64,000 bases of DNA from Octopus vulgaris (Eukaryota), in assembly GCA_951406725.2 (NCBI GenBank), contig OX597831.1, forward strand, positions 52,018,001 through 52,082,000. Reading direction: 5' to 3'. Below are positions 12,243-26,301 of this stretch, piece by piece. A program made the position numbers and the translations under genes. Each line of letters opens with the position of its first letter. Position 1 is the stretch's first letter. The notes beneath the pieces were generated by a model. That model saw nothing but the letters and a program-made list of their open reading frames with translations. It did not search any database and had not been told where the DNA came from.

Positions 12243-13724
12243 ATATTTTGTTTAAAAACTGCCTTCTGATATTCATTTACACAGGCTTCTCAAAAGTGCA
12301 CTTAATGGGCTTTTTTACAAACACTTTCATGCTTTAAATTAGTGACCACTTTCACTAAAGTGTTATGACACACCATATGATTTTTAAAAGCTACACACAC
12401 ACACACACTTGCATTTATGAACTGTTTTAAAACAGAGATGGGTACATGCAACGCACTTTGCACAAAGGGGCATAAATGTACAAATGTGGTACATTTAGAA
12501 ACACCTATGTCTTCTAAATATGATATATAGTAGAAAACGTCTATTAAAGAAAATAATGGGGTGTTGATTGGTATAATAAACAATGATTGGTCTGTTGAAG
12601 TGAGAAGCCCATGAGTTTTGCCAAACATTTTGTTTAATGTAAGGTGAGAGCTCTTTCAGTTCACTTCCTTTCCTAAAGCCCTTGAAAAATAACAACCACC
12701 ACCCATGAGGAGAAATAGGGAAAAATATTGAAAGGAATTAATCTTTTTGTTTGGCAAAAAAGCAGCACTTATAAAACTTGGTAGAATTAACCTTGTACCT
12801 TAAATTTCTGGTTTTGTGCTTATGTTAGAAGTAATTATTATACACTAATATATTCGAACTGGTGTCCTACGAGACAATGGGACAGTGAAATAATGAATGT
12901 AAACGTTGATTAAGTGTTAATACTAAAGTGTCGTAATTTAGCTAGGAGGCATGATTTCAACCTCTGGGTTAGCCTTTCTGTCTGTATGCCTGCATGTTCT
13001 GGTTGAGGTGTAACAGGGATCAGTTCCATATTTCAGAGAACGTTACAGAATGCGATAGGTACCTGAAGGAGCCCGATTGCATTGGTTGAAGTGTCTTGAC
13101 GTTTACAACTAAGATGAGGACACTAATACGAATATATCAGTATATGATAATCGCATATGATAGGGCACAGATAGTGTGTCTATAGCCAGCTGGAGGAGGT
13201 ATCTTCCTGGGGTTACAAACTACAGTAGCATCCACCCTTAGGGGTTAGCCATATTCAAATGGCAAATATGCGTCACGATGTGTTACCGCTATTGTTTATA
13301 ACTAGCTCTGAGATTTATCATTACATATTGTTTTTATTTTATCAGATCAAGGAATAAGTCGATCTGCAAATGATTTGAACTCACGAATTAGAAAAACAAA
13401 GCTAAATACTGTAAAACTCGCTGTCCTATCTTTCTGAGAGTCGACTGCTCCAATTTTTCTTATCTCATTAATCAGGTTAAGAGATAGGGTACAATCAAGG
13501 GAAATAATCAATTGAGGGTACGAGAGTTATCTAACTTGATACTTTTCATCATTGAATTTCAAGACATCGGTCAGTGATGTCAGTCCTTTCGGAACTCAGC
13601 TAGCGATCTCTGGTTTACCGGGGTGTATTTATATTTATATATATATGTTTGTATATATTTTTCTACCTTTTTATCATTACTGAAGTGACTGGAAGGATAA
13701 TTATCCCAGTGAAAATTAGTGCCG

Positions 13725-13869
13725 ATGTCTCTCATACAGGTATCTCGGGTGTTATTGAGATGTCAGCAACACACCATACCCGGTCGGTTGAAACTTTGGC
13801 AGATGGACACCACAATTAAGACCAACAAAAACATTTATTTTGGTTGCTTGCGATATTCCTCCAACGACT
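13725..13869 (+). CDS. VWA8: VWA8 probable exon 1 (mitochondrial presequence-like)
   Basis: MSLIQVSRVLLRCQQHTIPGRLKLWQMDTTIKTNKNIYFGCLRYSSND then T|gtaaat. Phase 1 fits exon 2, and the exon follows a CpG-richer, repeat-poor region. No homology support. Confidence 0.65.
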
Positions 13870-16800
13870 GTAAATATACATCTATCTATCTATCTCTCTT
13901 TATTTACCCTTTCCATATATATTTGTTCCAACCGTGCCTTTATTTTGTTTCTGATATCCTTGTTTGTTACACTTTCAATTTAGTGTTACTAACAGTGTCC
14001 TTGATTTTGATATTTTTCTCCGCGTTTATGTAATCATTCGGACATTCTTCTTTTTAAGCTTTCAGGGTATTCATTTGTTTATTACTTCCATGATACACAT
14101 TCAGCTCATATTTACACATACATGTACTTTATGTTACGAACATATATGTTACAGGTACTTGTTACAGTATGTAACATTATATATAACATTTTGTATAAAG
14201 CATGTAACACTATATATAAAGTGAATTGGTCTAGACGGTTGGTTTTATTTGACTCAGATCACTGACACTGGAGTTATAGGTATTAGGACTTCTGGAATAA
14301 CATAATTAGCAACGTAAAAGTGCTCGAAATTGAGTTACGTAAGGCGGCGAGCTGATAGAATCGTCTGCGCGCCGGCAAAAATGACTTGCGGCATTTCTTT
14401 CGAATTCGCATGCTGAACGTCGAGGTCAACTTTGCCTTTCATCCTTTCGGAGACGATAAAATAAAGTACCGGGATCGATGTAATCGACCAACCTTTCCCC
14501 TAAATTTCGGGCCTTGTGTCTATATCAGAAACAAAACCATGTCTATATATATGTCATCTACCTCGTCTCAACAAATTCCGCAGTTTGGAAAACATTAAGT
14601 TCAAATGTAAAAGTCTGTATAGGAACTTAGGCAGAGGTTCGGAAAAGCTATCCCTCGAAGCCCCACTCGTCATAGAAAAAGAAAAGGGCATGGGAAGTGG
14701 AATGCAAAAATATAGAAAATAGAAATTTCTGCAAAAGATTTTCATATTTTATAGAATCGTAATTCCCATAGTTTAAAAGACAGGAATACTAAAAAATAAT
14801 TATAAAAAATAAAATAGGGAAATATTACTTCCTTACTTCCCATGAGACATGGAACTTCGAAGGACATCTATTCCAAACTTCTACTAAGAATTGCTCTTTA
14901 GGAATTTGTATAGCGATCAACTGTATGATACATTGATTTATCAGACTTGAGATTTATAGGATTTGAGAAATGTGATTGTGTGACGTTCAAGTATTAACTA
15001 TATGAAGGAAATGAAATATCTATAGTTTAAAATCAAAGCTGAGATAATCTGTGACAAAGGCAATTGTTACTCTCTACTGGTTTTTAGGATCAATATTAAG
15101 CTTGATTATCTGGACTACTGCACAATTTCCCTCACAAAGGGTGAGTTGACACAATGTTAAAGTAAAAGTCTGTTGCAGTGTGATTCAACCTGGGGCTTGA
15201 TTGGAATTGCAAAGCAAACTTCTTAACCACTCACACAGAGAAATAACTCTCTTTGCTGTGGATAGGACTAACAATCTTTAACCTTTTAGTTCAGTATCAT
15301 GTATGATTGTAGGCCACTATTTTGCATGCATTTCATACTAAGGCTGTGGACTTTGTGCAGTAATTAAAGAACTGCACAACATTTCTGTAAATTTGCTTCT
15401 TCTATTCTTTTTGAGTTAAAATCCAGCTTATGTAAGCTTTAATCTCAATGTCTTCTTAAAGATAACTTTATGCAGAGCATAGGGCACCAGCATGAGATCT
15501 CTCTTTGTCTTGATCTGTGGCATGGGTTGCAGTTGTTCTCAGATGTAACTGCCTGCCAGTGCTTCAGTTAGTGTGAATCTTCTCTATGTTATTTTTGCTC
15601 TGCCATACGTTTGTCTCCCTTGGGGTACCCATTGGAGAGCCTGCCTTGTAATGTCAGAAACAGGTTTCTGTAAAGTGTGTCCCGGCCACTAGCGTAGCTA
15701 GGGGTTGTCTGCCCTGGGCAGCACTTTTCATCCTGTTGTAGGCTATTGCTGTAGGCAGTGTGTTTTTTGTAGGGTCCAGGGGCAGCAAACAGAAGGGCTG
15801 CCCCAGGTGGCATGCACTCTAGCTACACTAGTGGTCCCGGCCAAACCCATTTCCTCTCTTGATCTGGGTTTCAGTAGGCTGTTGGTTCAGCTGTTCCTAC
15901 AAGGCTGTGTCCGAGTCTGTCTTGCCATCTTACCCAAAGGATATTCTGGAGACATCTATTCACAAATGTTTAGAGCTTGTCGATAGAGAACTTTATGACT
16001 TACCATGTTTCACACATCTTATTCACAACCAAATTTTTCAAATCTTTACTGACAATTCTTTTTTGTTTAAACTATTTTCTTTTGGGTTTAGTTGTAGCAA
16101 TAGTTCAATGTATGTACATGCACTAAGAAGAGCAAAATGTTCACTTGGTTCTCTGCCTCCTTGACTGGACTTGTAATGACCATCATCATGTGTTAACAAA
16201 TCTACAATTGTTAAATGATGATTGGTTATATTTAACTTCTGTTAACAATTTTTTTATTGACCATGTTGAAATTGGAGTTAAAATGTGACTGAAGGATTAT
16301 GTAGCTTACATAATGCAGAAGGCAGGAATGATTATGATTCTAATCACTCGTGTGGATGTATCAACCTTTGGTGTACTTTTGAAGGCCCATAACTGAGAGA
16401 CACAAAATCTTAATAGGAAAGGTGGGAACACAAAAGACAGTCATACTCAGTTGTGAGTCTGATGGTTACTATGTATCTTAACTTTTATTTTTTACTTGTT
16501 TCAGCCATTAGGATGTGGCCATGCCGAGGCACCACCTTGAAAAATTTTAGTTGAGCAAATTACCCCCAGTACTTATTCTGTTAATCCTGGCTAAGTTACA
16601 GGGATGTAAACACACCAACACTAGTTGTTAAGTAGTGGTCAGAGACAAAAGGACAGACAGGCAAACGGACAGACACACACACACACACACATCAGTATCA
16701 TCATTTAACGCCCATCTTCCATGCTAGCAAGGGTTGGATGGTTTAACAGAGAGCTGCACCAGCTCTATTGTCTGCTTTGGCATGGTTTCAATGGTTGGAT

Positions 16801-17691
16801 GCCCTCTTTGATTATTTGGTCTCCTCTTCCCCCACTCTCACATTTCTCTGTCTTTCTCATTTTGCACCTCACTGACCCTGCCTTTCTGTTGTCCTGCCAT
16901 TCCTTGACACGCTCTCTTTCTTCTCCCCTCCTTAATTCCTTCTTTCTCTCTCTTCTCCCCCTCTTTTTCTCTCTCTCTTTGATTCCTTTGCCCCTTTTTT
17001 CTCTCTCTTCTCTTCTCAACTAGCCTTTCAGCTTCTGAGCATTGCCACAACAACATTGATTTTTTCGTCTGCTGTAAGGCATTATTTTCCAAATATGCCA
17101 GCTAAGCTAAGTTGAACTGTCTAAAGTCGAAAGACACCTGTTGTTTTTGTTCTGTTATTATTATTATTGTTTTTTGTATTTATATTCGTGTGGCATCGTC
17201 TGTTTTTCTGTCCTTGTTTTGTATACATTTGATCCTTTTTCCAAGAAATCTAATGCTTGTAGCTTAGTTTTTCCTTGGGGCTGGCCGGATCGGAGCGATC
17301 TCAAGATTAATCAGCCGAAATTGCGAGGATGATCCGGTTCTTGACTGAAGATTAGAGGCTTTGAATGACCCGTCCGTTTTTTTGTGTCGTCTATTTGAAT
17401 GTTTTGCATTCTTGTCCCATTTTGTATTTTTATATATATTTTTTATACATAAATTATTGCGGCGTAATGTATACCTTGTTCTCTTATATACTCTTTTACT
17501 TGTTTCAGTCATTTGACTGCGGCCATACTGGAGCACCGCCTTTAGTCAAGCAAATCAGCCCCGGGACTTATTCTTTGTAAGCCCAGTACTTATTCTATCG
17601 GTCTCTTTTGCCGAACCGCTAAGTGACGGGGACATAAACACACCAGCATCAGTGGTCAAGCAATGCTAGGGGGACAAACACAGACACACAA

Positions 17692-17748
<57 letters not shown>

Positions 17749-19433
17749 TACAACAGGCTTCTTTCAGTTTCCGTCTACCAAATCCACTCACAAGGTATTG
17801 GTCGGCCCGGGGCTATAGCAGAAGACACTTGCCCAAGATGCCACGCAGTGGGACTGAACCCGGAACCATGTGGTTGGTAAGCAAGCTACTTACCACACAG
17901 CCACTCTTGTAATATATATATATTACAAACTGTTTTTCAAATGATGTAGTAGTTTGACAACCCCCCCCCCAAAAAAAAACTGACAGAATAAATACCAAAC
18001 CTTAAAATGATAAGTACTGGGGATGATCTGTTTGATTATACCATTCGAGATGGTACCACAGCATGGCTATTGTTCTATGACTGAAACAAGTAGAACATAA
18101 AATGTAAAACAAGCGGAGTCATTTTAGTTGCCTCCATTCCAAGTTACCATATCCTCCACCTTTTCTTTGTTCTCAGAAGAAGAGCAAAGCTTGAAAATAC
18201 TAGATCCTTTGTCTCTTCTCATGTTTTCTAATTTGTTCATCTCCCATATCAAGCAGTGCAATATTGACAATTTCTTTATAACAAGTTGTGAGTTCAGATT
18301 TATTGATGTTGCTTTTTGTTTTTTCTTTTTTACTTTATTCTAAGTACGAGGTTATAAATGGGGACACACTGTTTAAATGTTATCAGCGGAATTCTATTTC
18401 GTAACTTTGTTTACAACTTCACTTTCTCTCTCTCTTTTTCTCATTTGCACTCTTTCTCTCCCTTTTAATTCTCTCCCTTTCTTATCTGCTCTCTCTCTCC
18501 TTTGATTTTCTTTCTCACATTTGCCCTCTCTCTTACCCCCATTTCTCATGCCCATTCTCTTATACACCCTCTCTCTCTCTTTATTTGCCCCTCTCTCATA
18601 TTTGCTATAGCTCTCATGCACACTCTTTTTGATCACTCTCTCTCTCTTGCCTACTCTCTTTGATTTGCACTCTTTTTTCTCTCTTACATTCACAGTCTTT
18701 TTCCTACACAAGCCCTCATTCACTACCTTTCTCTCTATCTCTCTCCCACCTCTCTCCCATCCACACATACATACTTTTTCTCCTTTTCTCTCAGATATAC
18801 TCACCTTTATTTCACACACAAGTAAATTCATTCCCCCACCCTTGTACCATTTCTGTCATTTGGGTCACCTGAATATCTTTTTGGTCTTGGGCTTACTTTA
18901 TGACCTGGGCCCAGATCGTTTCAGTATAGAATTAAATACTAGCATAATTTCCATTTAAGTGTTTCATTGGGTTTGATAATTTGGTGGCACCTGTCTTCTT
19001 CACTGGACAAGGGTGCTTTCAACTCCCTAGTAGCTCATTTATTTTTGACAAGTTATATTTTTGAATCCTGCTGCATACCAACTTACCCTCCATACCAAGC
19101 AAACCCAATAGAGGGCTACTTCAGTCACCGACCATTCAACTATGAGCAGTACTGGATTACATGGTTACCAGTAAGCAAGTTTCCATTAGTCTTTGATGGA
19201 ATTGGACCTGACCTGACATATCTTTTGTCTTTTACTTGTTTCGGTCGTTAGAGTGTGGTCATGCTGGAGCACCACCTTGAAGGGTTTAATTGAACAAAGT
19301 GACCCCAGTACTTATCTTCAAAGTCTTGTGCTTATTCTGATGGTTTGCTTTGTTGAAATTGCTAAATTACAAGGAGGTAAACAAACCAACACTGATTGTT
19401 AAGCAAAGGAGATAACATACACAAACACACACT

Positions 19434-19473
<40 letters not shown>

Positions 19474-22400
19474 TGTGTGTGTGTGTGTGTGTATATATAC
19501 AGATGGCTCCCACGCAGTTTTTTGTTTACTAAATTCATTCAAAAGGCATTGGTCAGCCCAAGTATAATAGAAGACACTTGCCTAAGGTGCCATACAGTAG
19601 GACTGAACCTGAAACCATGTGGTTGCAAAAGTGAGGTTCTTAACCACATGGCCATATCTGTACCTAATTTTTAACTTTAAAAATCATTATTATGTTTACC
19701 TGTCCTTGTGAAATCTATCAGTAATTGGTTAAAATTAGAAAGATATATTGGTTAGCGTAGTTTTGGATCTTGGCACTCTGCCATTTATGAACACAAGAGT
19801 TCCAGTTGATCTGATCAACAGAATAGCCTGCTCGTGAAATTAATGTGCATGTGGCTGAAGCACTCAACAGACACGTGTGCCCTTAATGCAGTTCTCAGGG
19901 AGATTAAGCTTGACACAGAATGTGACAAGGCAGGCCCTTTGAGATACAGGTACTATTCATTTTTGCTAGCTGAGTGAACTGGAGCAATGTGAAATAAAGT
20001 GTCTTGCTGAAGGACAATGTTTATTTAAACTATTATAATGTTTATGATTATAGATAATTGTTTATGACTGCAAGATATATATATATATATATATATATTT
20101 ATGTAATGGTGCAATAAAGTATTGATTGGGTATTATCTGATGGTTGATGATTGATTGATTTAAGTATGTTTCTCCATTTTCTCATTTTGTATATATATAT
20201 ATATATATGAGCATATATCTTTTACTTGTTTCAGTCATTAAACTGCAGCATTGCAGAATTTTTAGTTGAATGGATTGATCCCAGTACTTATTTTTTTTTT
20301 TAAAGCCTGGTTCTTATTTTACCAGTCTCTTTTACTGGAATGCTAAGTTACAGGAACATAAACACCACCAACACAGGTTGTCAAGCAGTGGTGGGGGTAC
20401 AGACACACAAAAACACACACACACACAAACAAACAAAGGGGTTTCTTTCAGTTTCTGTCTCAAATCCACTCAGAAGGCTTTGGTCACAAGGCTATAGTTG
20501 AAGACACTGGCCCAAGATGTCATGCTGTGGGACTGAACCTGGAACCATGTTGAAGCAAGCTTCTTACCACACAGCCACACCTGCACCTATATGTGTGTGT
20601 GTGTGGATTGTTTTGTTATTTTAGTGAAAGCATATATGAAATACCCTGTGGCTTGAAGTATTGACATTAAGGGTTGTTTTTATATTCTTTTTATTCATTA
20701 GCTGAAGTTCATATTTAGTTATTATTTTAGTTGCTTTTTTAGAGTTTGTAAGGCTACTTTAGGTAATGGTTATTGTATTAGATGGTATATAAGATGCAAA
20801 TGTCTAAACAAAAAAAATCGTCCTTGCTCCTATGTGCAGAGTTGTGTCTATATTGTAATGCACTTAGAACTTTTCCCCCAGATTTTGTATGGCTGAAATT
20901 GGGGTGCATCTAATATACCCATGCATCTTCTATGCCATCAAATATTGTACGTTGAAAAAATAACAGGTTATAGATTATAAGAATATTAATGAGGTTTTAA
21001 TTAAATCAGAGAGTTTGTATCTGGGTCAGTCTCAGGCAAGTTTGTATTAAGTGCAAATGTCCGAGTTTTTCAACTGATTAATCTCAATGCCAGCATACTA
21101 GATGACACAAGAGAAATTTAACCCTTTCGCATTTAAACTGGCCATATTTGATCCATAAATTCTACCTGTTCTATGTTCAAACTGACCAGATCTCACTCCT
21201 ACTCCTACAATTTTATTCCAGTTGACGAATTTGGTTTGATTTACGGGCTTCTTTAAGTTTCCATCTGCCAGATCCACTCATAAAGTTTTGGTTAGCCCAT
21301 GGCTATAATAGAAGACACTTACCCTAGGTGCCATACAGTGGGACTGAACCTGAAGCCATGTGGTTGGAAAGCATGCCTGAGTCATTTATTCTTCACTTAG
21401 TCATATTATAAAATAAATTTCTTTATTTTTGTTCTTTCTTTTAGCCTCAAAGCATGTCAGCATTGGTGATATCAAGAAAGTGCTTAAACAACCACAGAAT
21501 CCAGAATTAGTACCGGTTAAATACAGTAAGTAAATATTAGTTATTGTTTGTTAATACTTTTTGTGTTTTTTTTTTTGGGGGGGGGTAATTTTTCACTGAT
21601 TTGATTTGTATTTTAAATTAATTACTGGTTCACCATGTTTTGTCTCAGTTCTATACTGTACTAAATGTTTACCTACAGATTTTGACCAGCCACTGTATCT
21701 TTATCATCATTATCATCATTTTAATGTCCACATTTCTTTGCTTGCATGAGTAGGATGCAGATTTTCTATGGACGAACGCCCTTTTCTGTTGCCAGCCTTT
21801 GCCTATTTCTAGGTAAAGTAATATTTTTGCATGGCCAGACATGTTTTTGAGGAACATTGAAAAATGAACGACACTGCTTGCATGACAGTGACTCTCATTT
21901 ACAACTATTGCGTGATATCAAGACAAAGAGATATGAACACACACTCACATACACAAGGACACACATACATACACACATGTATATACACACACACACACAC
22001 ACACACATACACATCCCACCCATGCTAGCATGGAAGACAGACGTTAAACGATGATGATGATACACACACATTTTTATTTTAGTTGACTCAGTCTATTGCT
22101 TCTCTGAATTAGTGACAGGAAGGGCATCCAACCATAGAAAATATGTCTCAACAAATTCTGTCTGACTTATGCAAGCATGGAAAAGCAGGTGTAAAACAAT
22201 GATGATGATGCTAACTTTGGGTCTCTACTGAAAGTTTATTCAACCTAAATGTATTCAGATTACTTTGTCTAATTTAAAGCTTATTTATTCACATTGTTTT
22301 GAATTAATCATGAATTATCTTCTAGCTTCAAGATTTCAATGATGTGATTGTAATTTTGTAGAATGACATTGTAGGGTAGATGCAAGAGGCCAGATTTAGT

Positions 22401-25285
22401 TAGTTTGATGATAAAGCGGTAGAATATTTGGGCTGGATATGGCCAGTTTAAATGGAAAAGGGTTAATTAGGTTACAATTTTCAAAAACTCATCCCAGATA
22501 TTTAGGTAATTAATTTTTGAGGTCTGTTTTTAACTGAATTTTATTTCTTGAATTATTTCAAAATTATGTTTTTGCTTTCAGTCTGTTCAAACCCATCACA
22601 AGCTGTTCTCCGGCATCTAAGATGGATAATGCAAAAGGTATATTCTCTATTGTTTTTTTTTTGTGTGTTTTATAAATTTCTGAATCCAGTCCACACTGTA
22701 AAGTGGTTGGCATTTGGAAGGGCATCCAGCTGTAAAGAGCATACCAAAACTGATCTCACCTGTGCTAGTGTCACGTAAAAAGCACTGAGTCCACCTCTGA
22801 GAGTGATTGGTGTTAGGAAGGGCATCCAGCCATAAAAACCCTGCTTAAACAGACACGGTATCTTGAGGTAGTCTTCTACCTGGCCAGCTCTTGTCAGCTG
22901 TCCTACCCATGCATGCATGGAAGTTGGATGTTAAATGATGATGATGAATAGTTGTCTCTCATGAATTAACTAGTGTATTTTTTATCTCCATCAAACTACA
23001 GAAGTAATATTGAGCAGCGTGTAATTCTTAGATTATTAAAAAAAATATATAACATCTCAGTATTTCAAAGACCTCTTGGTGTTCTGACAAAATATTCAGG
23101 CATGGTTGTTTGGTTAAGAAGTATGCTTGCCAACCACATGAGTTTTGGGTCCAGTTCTACTGTGTGGCATGTTGGGCAAGTATTTTCTACTATAGTCTTG
23201 AATCAACTGGAACCTTATGACTAGATTTGGCACACTGAAATTTACTAAAACCTATCATATGTATGTACACGCATATGTGTGTTTGTGTGTTCTCATCTTG
23301 ATGTCCTGTGATAGTTATAAATAAGTATCACTGACATGTAAGCAGTGTCTTTTATTTTCAATATCTTGCTTGGTAACAAGTGAAGGTTGATAAGATGAGG
23401 AGCATCCAGCAGTAGAAAATTTGCCTTGATAAACTCTGTTTGTTCCATGCAAGTATGGTAAAGTAGATGTTGAAAATGATGTTGATTTTGCTGGTATTCT
23501 CTTTATCTTGATTTTCAGAGGCATACTGAGTGTAGATTCATACTGCATGCATACCAGTTTTAGAACAATTACACCAGGTCCTTACAAGTCATAAGGGGCA
23601 ACTAAAAAGGTATAAAGAAGGATATCTGGATATAAAACACATCATCAGAAAATGTCCAATCCTTGCCATCATAAACGAAGAATGGACATAAGATAATGAT
23701 GATGGTGATACTAGTTGTACATTACTAGCAACACTAAAGTAGCCTAATGATGGTTGGCTTTTCTTGTCATTGGGATGTTTACATTTATGCGACACATGAA
23801 TGTGGTCGATAACAGTGCCTCCTGACTGGCTCCTGTGCAGGTGGCACGTAATATATACCATTTGAACGTGGTCGATGCCCATACCCCCTAACTGACTCCC
23901 ATGCTGGTGGCACATAAAAAGTACCATCTGAACGTGATTGATGCCAGGGCCACCTGGCTGGCTTACATGCCTGTGGCATGTAAAAAGCACCCACTGCACT
24001 CTCGGAGTGGTTGGCACTAGGAAGGGCATCTAGCTGTAGAAATATTGCCAGATCAGATTGGAGCCTGATGCAGCCCACTAGCTTTCCAGACCTCAGTCAA
24101 ACTGTCCATCCCATGCCAACATGGAAAATAGATGTTAAACAATGATGATGATGATGATCCCAGCAGTTCTCAAATAGTGTGCTATAGTGCATTAGTAAAC
24201 TAATGCACCAATATACCACTTTGCATCGGTGCATTTCAGTACACAGCACCACTAGAAGTATTTAGGTGCATTGTGAATTTTTAATTATGATAAATATTTC
24301 AAAATCTATTAATCACTCTTTATTGTTCTTCAAATAGTGTGCTATAGTGCATTAGTAAATTAATGCATCAATATACCACTTTGCATCGGTGCATTTCAGT
24401 ACACAGCAACACATCAGAGCACCACTAGAAGTATTTAGGTGCATTGTGAATTTTTAATTATAATAAATATTTTAAAATCTATTAATCACTCTTTATTGTT
24501 CCTCTTGTTATTAGGATCTACTGGAACAAGATGTATTTTTGATTGGCTCCCCTGGTCCTATCCGAAGACAACTGGCCATGATGTATTTGGTAAGTATTTT
24601 TGTCTCCCTTGGTTAGTACCAAATAAAATTATCATCAGGTGACACTTTATAAGCACCCATGCAGGTGCTGTGTTACCGCACCTGTGCCAGTGCTGTGTAA
24701 ATGCACCTGTGCTGGTGGCACGTAAAAAGGAGCCAGCACACTCTGTTAGGTGGTTGCCATTAGGAAAGGCATCCAGCCATAGAAACCATGCTACAACAGA
24801 CAGTTGGAACCTGGATAGCTCCATGTCAAACTGTCCGACCCATGCCAGCATGGAAAGTGGATATTAAACTATGATGATGATGATGATGATGGAAGAAGAC
24901 CATTGGATAATTGTAGTCCTTGATACACTATGTCTGGAGTTAAATTTGTATAGTTATATTTGAAGCATCTATGATTGTAGGTCTGCCCTGCTTGTTCAGA
25001 ACAAGAAAGGGTAAACAACATCCCTTAAATGGACAACATCACAGATAATAGTGAGCACAAAGGAAAAACCAAATCATCATCATGATTGTTTAATGTCCAA
25101 TTTCCATGCTAGCATGGGTTGGACGATTTGACTGAGGGCTGGCGAACCAGATGACTGCACCAGGCTCCAATCTTGATCTGGCAGAGTTTCTACAGCTGGA
25201 TGCCCTTCCTAACGCCAACCACTCCATATAACAATCAATTGTGCAGCAACTGCTGCTACTGCTACTGCTGCTGCTGCTGCTATTG

Positions 25286-25319
<34 letters not shown>

Positions 25320-26255
25320 ATGATTTATTTTTTATGCAGGAGCTGACAAAACGTGAAGTAGAATATGTATCTTTGTCCAGAGATACTTCAGAATCTGATC
25401 TCAAGCAACGGCGTGAAATTCTTGCAGGAAATGCATTCTATGTTGATCAGGTAAACATTGTTTTTTTTGTCTCTATCTTTGTTGATATTTGTTGTTTAAT
25501 CTCAGGTCAACCCTGATTGAAACGACCTATGATCAGAAGCATACCAGTCCACTCAGCTGGCAAAAATGAGTTGAACCTGTATTTGAAAGGGCTAGCCTTG
25601 TCACATTCTGTGTCATGCTGAATCTCCCTTAGAACTATGTTAAGGGTACACATGTCTGTGGAGCGCTTAACCACTTGCATGTTGATTTCACAAGCAGGCT
25701 GTTCTATTGATCGGATTAGTTGGAAGGTGGTGAGCTGGCAGAAACGTTAGCACGGTGGGCAAAATGCTTAGCGGTATTTCGTCTGTCTTTACGTTCTGAG
25801 TTCAAATTTTGCTGAGGTCGACTTTGCTGTTCATCCTTTCTAGGTCGATAAATTAAGTACCAGTTGTGTGCTGGGGTCAATCTAATCGACTGGCCACCTC
25901 CCCCAAAATTTCGGGCCTTGTGCCTAGAGTATGAAAGGATTAGTTGGAATGCTCATTGTCATAACCAATGGAGCGCCAGTTATACCAGCTTTGATTGTTT
26001 TTTTTTTCTTTCAGTCATAGTATATCCAAAACTGCATTATCTAATCCTTTACTGGTTTTAATCATTGGACTGCAACCATGGCAGGGTATCACCTTGAAGG
26101 GTATTAGTTGAATAAGATTGCTCCCTGTGATTATTTTTAAGTTTGGCACTTATTCTGTAGGTCAGTTTTACTGTACTGCTAAGTTATGAGCACATGAGGA
26201 AACCGACACCAATTGTCAAGTAATAGTGGTGAGTACAAACACATTCACACACACA

Positions 26256-26301
<46 letters not shown>

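Noticed and set aside
13725-13745. Alternative early donor CAG|gtatct in exon 1
   Set aside because: Phase 0 is incompatible with the phase-1 start of exon 2.
17105-17370. Additional hammerhead-like fragments (gttga..agtcgaaagac; ctgaaga..tttgaatg) in a PLE-UTR-like stretch
   Set aside because: The core boxes and stems are too degenerate to support a ribozyme call by eye.
18394-18958. Charged or hydrophobic ORFs of 100-145 aa (also 16721..17092)
   Set aside because: Low-complexity CT/GA-rich tracts with no recognisable domains or splice context.
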